DNA from: Chrysomallon squamiferum | Taxonomy: Eukaryota > Animalia > Mollusca | Direction: 5' to 3' | Length of the DNA: 64,000 nt | NCBI GenBank assembly: GCA_012295275.1 | Contig: CM022677.1 | Span: forward strand, 27,218,001 to 27,282,000 | Part shown: in pieces, positions 55,122 to 64,000 of the stretch | Position numbering within the stretch: the first letter of the stretch is position 1 | Layout: the number at the start of each line of letters is the position of its first letter | Translations under genes and position numbers: made by a program | Notes under the pieces: generated by a model | The model's input: only the letters and a program-made list of their open reading frames with translations | Told to the model about the DNA's origin: nothing | The model's database searches: none

Positions 55122-58100
55122 TTACTTATAACTTCTTAAAAATTTTACAATTACAAAGATTAGAAATTTTTATTTCTTTACAACTTTGAAATTAAATAAG
55201 TAAATAAATAAATAAATAAATAAATAAGAATGTGAATGTTTATATTCTTTACATGGATTTTAGTCACACAAAATCCATTTGTAAATGAGTATTTATATCT
55301 AATAAAAAATAATAATAATAAAAAAAAAAGTAAAGATGGAAAATATGGAATCTTCAGGATTTAAAAAAAAAGTATTTCCATAATTGTAATTTGCTCAATA
55401 ACTTTTGACAAACGAGTTCTTTTCATCTCAGTGAATAATCTGTTTCACCTACAGAAGAGTTCTGTTCTTTTCCTAGCAGTAGTCTCCCTTCAGTACAATT
55501 AGCCTCATGTCAAGGCTTGCATTTAGATGACCTATTGTGGTATTAAATGCTTTCGGAGTATAAGCTATACAAATTTGTTTTCAAAAATCAGGGTTATTAC
55601 TGGTGCAGTCTGAAAGGGTTTATTGTTGGCTCAGTTTGTACTGGGTTTTTTGTATGAATGTGTGAAAGCCCTGTTTTTAGAATAAAAAGTGAAATGCCAT
55701 CAATTCCTCTCTGTCTTAGGAGCAAAAATGTATTTAATAATATTATTTATTTATTTATTTATTTATTTATTATTAAAAACTTGATATTAATATCACAACA
55801 ATTTAGTGTTCACCAGCTGTCAGGAATATAGCATCAGTAATCTAAAGGGAGACATCTGCACAAACAAAACTGCATTAATAATAATAATAATAAAAAAATT
55901 CTTAATTCACTTTTTCCACTTTAATAATAATTTATTTTTTTATTTTTTTAAAAAACGTATGGTTTGTTACCCGTGTGAAAGAAAGTAAAAAAAAAAAATT
56001 ATATTTTGCCAAAGATCAATCAAAATAAGAACTGTACAGTATTTTTCATGTTAGCCCAGTGCTACCATATTGTTTTTAACTGTGTACAGCAAAATTGTCG
56101 TAATAACTGGATATTGTCTTGTGGAATATAGTATTCTTTTTTCCAATTTCTATTTTTTTTTTTTTTTTTTTTTTCTTTTCCTGTGGCTCTTTTATTTTGG
56201 AACTTTTCAGATTCTGACCACAGAAGAAATAATCATATTTTCATTTTCTGGAAAGAGTTTTTAAAAAAAAAAAAAAAAAAAAAAAATTAATTAATGGAAA
56301 ATAATGTTTAGATTTTAATTTGGAATAAGAACATATAGTTGTTTAAATAATAATAATAATAATAATAGTAATAAATTAAGAAAAAAGAAGCATTATATAA
56401 TTAAAAAATGAAAAGAAAATTAATAATAATAAAAAAGTAAATAAATAAGTAAATAAATAAATTAAAAATATTAAGAAACATTAATTTTTTTTTTTTTTAA
56501 ATGTTCTTATTTTTTTAAAACAAAAAAATACTTATAGTTCCCACCAAATTGAGTATCAGTTCTAGTCAAAAGATTCAAAGATATTACTTCATTTTAAATT
56601 ATTTTGACTTCATTTTAAATATTTTTTCCTCCAAATCTGGCTATGTACAGTTCATAAAACTTTTAATCGTCAATCCTTTCTTTATCTTAAAATATTATTT
56701 ATTGATATCTTGAATATGAAGAATTTTTTAATTTGATACTTTTGGACACTTATTTGCATATTTATTAAATTTAAAGTAAATTAAAATAAAAAATTAAAAG
56801 TAAAATAAAGAAGAAAATGTTTGAAATAAGGAAGACACCATAGATGATGAAAGTAATCATAATAATAAAAAAATAAATAAATAAATAAAAAAATAATATA
56901 TATAGATATATAAACAAAATTAGCAATTCTAATTTACAAAAAGAAGAAATAAAATAATAAAATATACTTTTATTAAAGAAATGAATAAAAACAATTAATT
57001 GGATTAAAGAGTTGTATTAACTGAAAGGATTGAAGATTAAAGCAGTATCTTGTATATGTACATAGCACTTTATATCTTCTTCTTTCCTTTTTTCTTTCTT
57101 TCTTTTTTTTTTTTTTTTTTTTTTTTTTTTCATTTATATGGTGAGAAGTGCAATATGATATTGTCTAGCATTGTCTTGGAGGATCTTAATCTCAAATCAC
57201 AGAATTCAGTGTCGCAGATTTTTAAATCTTGTGTTTTGTAAACTTGACAACTGCTTGCAGAAATGCCTGGCCATTACAGTTAAAGTATTTAAATTTTTGA
57301 TCAGGAAAGTTCTAGTTATTATGAATAAGAATAAGAATAATGTGAACATATCACTGAAATTCACAGCTTTACCGAAAAAAAACAACTTTTCAGGACAGTA
57401 AAAGGACAAGATTATTTAGACACATATAACTTTATATATATTTATATATATATTTCCTCTTTCATGGTTAGGCATTTTGCTGTAAGTTATGGATTATTCT
57501 GACTTAAAGATCAGCAAACTGTTCATTCCAGTATTTAGCTGAGTCACGATTTGAGTTTGAGTGAAGCCTGGTGTTCCGAATTTGAGCAAACCGTTCAAAT
57601 TTGAGCAGGATTTGGATAGATGAGAGATTGAGACTATTATTATTATTATTGTTTTGTTTCCAGTTTGTTAGATATGCAGGATTTACTCGAGTTTATGAAC
57701 ACATAAAAGATTTTGATTTGTCGACACTGATCTGTACGTCTGTCATTTTTATTTATGATCTCATTTTGTGTCAGGTTTATGTCTTGAAAATTATAAAATT
57801 CTAATTTTTTTTATTTATTTGTTCATTATCTGTTATCATTTTATTATTTGAAATTAGTAATAATATTTATGTTTAAAAGCTACGTTACACTCAATATTAT
57901 TTATTGATTTTATTTTTATATTTATTTTTATTTTTTTTATTTTTATTTATTTATTTTATTTTATTTTATTTTATTTTATTTTATATTTTTCTGTTCATGT
58001 GAAGATTGATCATATTATACATTTTTTGTTTTGTTTTTTGAATGTACTTGTTATTTGATATGTTATTAATTTGTTTCATGAAAAAAAAATGTACTTGCAC

Positions 58101-59140
58101 TAAAACTAGTCTAGCTGCACTTACTAGTAGATATAGTAACTCACTTAATGTATTTAGACTTAGTCACTATAGTTTTTGACTATTGTATAACATTTTTTTG
58201 CTATTGAATTATATTAACCCTGTCACCCCTCGAGTCTTACAATGGACTGTCCTATTGTGTTGCTCGGACGCAGTCCATTGCTGCTCTTTAGGGGTGGCAG
58301 GGTTAAAAAGTGCTCAATTGAAACTTCATTTATTGCATAAAAGATAATACGATGTATAATAATAATAATAACACATGATGTTTTACAGAAATTCTAAGAA
58401 GCTAGTGATGAATATTCATGAGTTGTTATTGGGTGTGGTTATTGTGACGTCTGCACGTTATTAAAAATAATGAAATAAAATGAAATAGAAATGGCTACCT
58501 TCTTAGAATATCTGCCCAGACAGTTGCCAGTTGATGGTGGTAGACATTTTTTTTTTTTTTTTTAAATTAAAGTCACGTGATTTGTATATATTGATAATAG
58601 CCAGTGTTGGATTATATATACATACTTATCAGTAGATGTTCATCACATTTATATATAAATATATAAATATATATATATATAAAAAGAAAAAAAAAGAATA
58701 ATTTATGTGGAATTTTTGATACGAGATACCTATTTTTTATATCATCCTATTTTTTCAACTTTATCACTTCCGTGTACTTTTGTATAATTACACCATGTTG
58801 TCTCCATGGTAACTAGTTTTAATATTACCGTTATTAACATTATTAATATTATTATTATTATTCTTATTCTTATTATTATTATTATTGTTACTCACCAAAA
58901 AGTTTAAATTTAATTTAAAAATCTAGCTGTTGTGACGTAACCGTTTCCATAGTGATATTCTATAATTGTGACTGGTTTCCAATAGTGATATTTCAAAGCC
59001 GTTGTAAACTTGTGGCATGCTCTCTCTCTCAGTTTGTGTCATCGCGTGTCTGTGTGTCTGTGTGTCGCACTAACTGTCCATCCGTCAGTCAGAACTGAAA
59101 ACCTCTCACAGAGGAATAAAAAAAAATCAACGTTTATTTT
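49856..59140 (+). other. Putative long terminal 3'UTR exon of the CELF gene
   Basis: Acceptor tattttttctttcag|AAATG at 49855. The region lacks the long (GA)n/(CA)n tracts typical of the introns and is rich in U-runs and TGTA motifs. AATAAA 59115-20 is followed by a U/GU-rich tract. Boundaries are speculative. Confidence 0.4.
58214..58306. mobile_element. 85-bp fold-back MITE with TTAA target duplication (piggyBac-like)
   Basis: TTAA|CCCTGTCACCCCT ... AGGGGTGGCAGGG|TTAA: 13-bp TIR with 1 mismatch, plus an inner IR CAATGGACTG/CAGTCCATTG. Confidence 0.75.
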
Positions 59141-59278
59141 GTTATTTTTATTAATTTATTATTTTTTTTTTTTATTCATAGATGAGTGAGTTTTATTGAA
59201 ATAAATTAAAATCATCAAATGGATCAAATAAAATATTGATAATTTTTTTTTTAAATAAATTATATTTTAACAGTTGAA

Positions 59279-59325
<47 letters not shown>

Positions 59326-59388
59326 GAAACAAAATTTCACTCCTTTATCTCGGTAAATGCTTAGATATGAAATAATGAGGAAAGAAAA

Positions 59389-59427
<39 letters not shown>

Positions 59428-60106
59428 AAAGTAAAATAAGAAGATAATAATAAATGAAAGTTTTAACATTACCAGATTTTGAAAACAGATGTGTACTTCT
59501 GTGCTGTTTCTAACACTGACGGACAACACACAGACACACGGACACACAATTTTACAATGTTAGACAACACGTGTTTGACAGAACATCACTTACCAACTGG
59601 CAACTGTCTGTGATTTTACATTTTTTTCCCTTTTATTTATTTTTTTTTTTTAAAATTATTATTATTATTAATTTTTTTTTTTTTTTTAAGAGCATAAGAA
59701 TATTGTTTGTACCTCAGATGATTTGTATATGATTTAAAAATAAAACGAGGACAAACGATACATTTATTTACAAAGAAGAGCTGGCTTTGTACAGACAAAT
59801 CTTATATTTACTCTTAAAAAAATAAATAAATGCAGCAAGCTAACTTGCAAAAAAAATCAACACATTGTTTTTGTTTTTTGTTACACTTGTTTGTGTGTGT
59901 ATGTGAGAGATAAGAGGGAGAGAGAGAGAGAGAGAGAGAGTATTTGAAAGTGTATGTATGTGTATATATGTATGTGTGTTTGAGAAAAAGACGGAACAAA
60001 TGACAGAATATAATATATGTTCTACATGTCTGAATGTGTCGGAGATAGTATTTGTGTGTAGGTGTGTGAAAGTGTGAGTATATGTATACATAGATAAATA
60101 TATATT

Positions 60107-60168
<62 letters not shown>

Positions 60169-61031
60169 GTTATATATTTGTATTTCAGAAGGGATGAGTT
60201 TATTTATGCCTATGTTGTGTGTACAAAGATGTCCTCACAAGGCATTCTATATATATATATATACACACACAACATTCACACACACATACACACAGACATA
60301 AACACATAAACAATGTAATACATAACTGTATACTCAATTACTCATTACCTGACATTTACCTTGAATAACCTGTGTAAAAAAAAAGCCAACAGAAAACATC
60401 TCTCATTAAACTACATTTCTAAGATAAGCCACTACTACAAAATATCAATGAATATTTTCTTTTATTTTTAGTTTTGTTTTACATATATCTATTATTAGCA
60501 ATGTAAGTAATATGGTAGATTGGTGCTCTTACTGGCAACTGTGTACACAACAAATCAAACTAAAGATAAATAAAGTTAATAACAGAATAACTAAAAACTT
60601 GACTAACAACAACAATAACAACAACGATTTCAGTGACAAGAACAATAGCAAAAATAAAAGTGATGATAATAAAAAATATATATATGTGACGTCATCTCGT
60701 AGATATTCTACACTTAGACCCAGTCTGTTGTGTTCATTATTTATTTTTCAAACTCCTGATCATGCAGACTGGGAAGGGTTTTTGACAAGACCAGAGGAGA
60801 ATAAATCGATAGGAATAGGAAGGGTACAAGGAAAGGGTTGGGGCGAGGGATATATCAAAAGAAATGGGGGAGGGTGCATACAATAAAACAATGCCGAGGG
60901 TATGGAATGGATTACGAGATACACATCTACCCGTCATTTAACTGAGTTCATTTGGAAAATGCCATATTACGACAATAATAAAGACTTCGCCTTTTGAAAG
61001 GGTGCATCTGTACCTAATGTAATAGAGAATG

Positions 61032-61084
<53 letters not shown>

Positions 61085-61419
61085 TGTTTGATGTTTAAAT
61101 AAAATAAAACAATTGAAAAGTCAGGAGATAACTCTTTAATGAACTAACGTTTTAGTCAAAAAGGATTATGTCCCTTTATCAATATCGCAATAAGAATACA
61201 AGTCTATGTATATTTGATATATATATATATAGTGTATGTGTGAGTATGTATATATACATATATGTGTATATGGGAGTGTCTGTAGATATGTGATGTTTGT
61301 GTTTATATGTACGTATGTGTGTTTAAAATAAAATTAAAATAAACAGACCAAACAAAACAACAACAACATTAATAGTAATAGTAGTAATAGTTGTAGTAGT
61401 AGTAGTAGTAGTAGTAGAT

Positions 61420-61452
<33 letters not shown>

Positions 61453-61799
61453 ATACTACTAATAATAAAAATAATGATAATGATAGTGTTTTATAAATAC
61501 ATAGATACGTTCGGCGCAGTGACTGGAACTGGAAATAGGGAAATAGCTGAATTAAGAAGGACTGATCTCAGTACATCAGACTGCAGTGAGTTGAGCAAAG
61601 ATCTCTGTGTATTTCGCTGTTTGCTTCTGTAGACGCGATTTTTGCCATTCAACGAAAACAAACCGGAATCACTGACTTGCATCACGAATTTAATAAACGG
61701 TGCGTCATTCCAATTTCGTTTAATTTGTTGATATCGATTTTAGTGGTCTGTGGCCGCAGCTCTTTTGTGAGGAAGACAAATAAGCCTTTTCAGTTGACA

Positions 61800-62475
61800 G
61801 CAGTTTATAAAAACGTATAATTGATACAAACGTAGAGTCGATATAAACGTATAGGTGACGAAAAATTACAGTTGATATAATCCTAGTTGATGTAAAAGTA
61901 CAACTGATGTAAACGTATAGTCGATATAAACATATAGCTGATGAAAAATTACAGTTGATATAAACCTAGTTGATGTAAAAGTAAAACTGATATAAACGTA
62001 TAGTTGATATAAACGTACTATTGATATAAACATGCAGTTGATGAAAATGTACAGCTATTATAAAAGTACAGTTGATACTGACATAGTTGATAGAAAAGTA
62101 TAGTTGACATAAACGGATTGTTGATATAAAAGTATAACTGATATAAACATACAGTTGATACATAGCATATCTGATACAGAAGTACAGTTGATATAAAAGT
62201 ACAGTTGATATAAAAGAACAGTTCGTACGAAAGTGCAGTTGATATAATAGTAGAGTTGATACGAACGTACAGCCGGTATGAAACTACAGTTCATGCAAAC
62301 GTATAGTTGATATTAAAGTACAGTTGATATAAAAGTGAAGTTGATATGAACTTTGTTGATATAAACGCGCTGTTGATATAAATCTACAGTTGTTATGAAC
62401 ATATAGTTGATATAAAAGTATAGCTGATATAAAAGTGCAGTTGATATAAACGACAGTTGATATAAATGTATAGTT
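61800..62475 (+). repeat. Degenerate satellite of about 17 bp, (GTTGATATAAAAGTACA)n
   Basis: GTTGATATAAA recurs at about 17-nt periodicity over about 670 bp. Confidence 0.85.
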
Positions 62476-62653
62476 TATTTTTTATTTATACCTTTTCAAA
62501 AATAAGATGATTAAAAGGAAAAGAAAAGAAACCAGTAAAACAACGACGACAACAACAACAGCAACAACAACAACAAAAATAATAATAAAATAAATAAAAA
62601 TTTAAATGAACTGAAAATCAAACACCAATATACAGACCAAGAAACAGACTAAA

Positions 62654-62684
<31 letters not shown>

Positions 62685-62876
62685 AGTGTGTCTGTCTGTC
62701 TGTCTCTCTGTGCATGTGTGTATTTTTGTGGAAAGTCAAACAGTGAGATCTTCAACACATTCATCTAATAAAGAATTAAAATCTCGATTATTTCCGATTA
62801 TCCTCGCGTATTTCCGTAAATAACTTGCTCGGACATGACTGGAAACGTTAGGTCGACTGATTTGTTTAAACACCCG

Positions 62877-63112
<236 letters not shown>

Positions 63113-63349
63113 AAATGTATGTACATTTATATAACTGTTCTATAGATTTTGCGATATAATAATTTTATAAAGATTTTTACCCTTTATTACTATTATATCA
63201 ATTATATTTCAGTTTATGAAAATTTTGCCATAAAGAATTGCTGTAGTATCCTATATTAATATTATACAGATTTTTACCCTGTATTAATATAATAACATAT
63301 TATTATATTATATCATATTACATTTATTCGATATAAATATTATATAGAT

Positions 63350-63708
63350 CAGGGGTCACCAACCATTTTGAACATGAGAGTTACTTCATAGGTACCGAGT
63401 CATACGAAGGGCAGTCAGTTTATTACACTCTACTGAAATAACAAATCTGTTCAGCTTATCTTTAGTTATATATTATTATTAATGATACCCATCTATGTGA
63501 ATACACTGATCACATTAATGATTTCTCACAGTAATTATCACCAATGACTTAACAAGGCTGAATGCAGCTAATATCAATATTTAACCTTTAATTCTATCGA
63601 TCTCAAGAAATTGTTTAAATATTTTAGGAACAGGCCTGCGGGTGGGCGTCTGTTTGTGGTTCTTTGGGGGCAACCTGGTGCCCGCAGTTACCGTGTTGGT
63701 GATCCTTA
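63350..63708. mobile_element. Non-autonomous hAT (Charlie-like) MITE, 359 bp
   Basis: TIR CAGGGGTCACCAAC versus GTTGGTGATCCTTA (11/14 match). 8-bp TSD ATATAGAT (63342-49) / ATATAGAC (63709-16). Confidence 0.8.
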
Positions 63709-64000
63709 ATATAGACTATTTTATCTATAAATGATATGTAGATGTTACCGTGGGTTTAAAACGTAATCGAATGCGGTTGAAAATAATGTCTGATTTCTCT
63801 CTGATTACTCATTTTTCTGTTTGGTTTAAAATCAAATGGATAACGCCATCGTTTTTTGTTTGTTTTTTTGTTGTTTTTTTGTTGTTGTTTTTTTCATCGT
63901 TTAAAAACATTTTAAATATAAACATTTCTATCATTTTCATTCACTGTTGGCAGGTTTGACTTCTGACATTTTAAGCACTTTTTTTCAATCCTCGTTTTCG

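Noticed and set aside
60740-61790. Higher-complexity patches at about 60740-61010 and 61500-61790 as exons of a neighbouring gene
   Set aside because: No recognisable protein similarity and no consistent splice-site pair on either strand.
61800-62475. 17-bp periodic array as CRISPR or iteron-like
   Set aside because: It is a degenerate tandem satellite without spacers or associated genes.

Overview
Very AT-rich, microsatellite-saturated animal genomic DNA. The composition resembles a mollusc such as a coleoid cephalopod, but that is inference. Almost all ORFs in the supplied track are microsatellite artefacts. The real content is one + strand, intron-rich gene for a CELF3-6/Bruno-3/UNC-75-type RNA-binding protein. 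Nine internal/terminal coding exons between 28756 and 45679 encode RRM2, the divergent linker and RRM3, and their splice phases are all compatible. I found no RRM1 exons by eye; they are presumably upstream of the window. A well-formed internal promoter at about 15130-15245 (CCAAT/GC/TATA/Inr) precedes a mini first exon (CACCATGG, MVVG) that splices in frame onto RRM2, predicting a 382-aa isoform without RRM1. The locus also shows many signs of RNA-level regulation: tandem splice sites at most linker junctions, a degenerate duplicated exon start, complementary microsatellites flanking a symmetric exon, a candidate 3'UTR cassette exon that could trigger NMD, and nested long-range inverted repeats around a candidate poly(A) site. 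Two non-autonomous DNA transposons (an 85-bp TTAA/piggyBac-like hairpin and a 359-bp hAT-like MITE) and several minisatellites are present. The regulatory interpretations are hypotheses from sequence alone.
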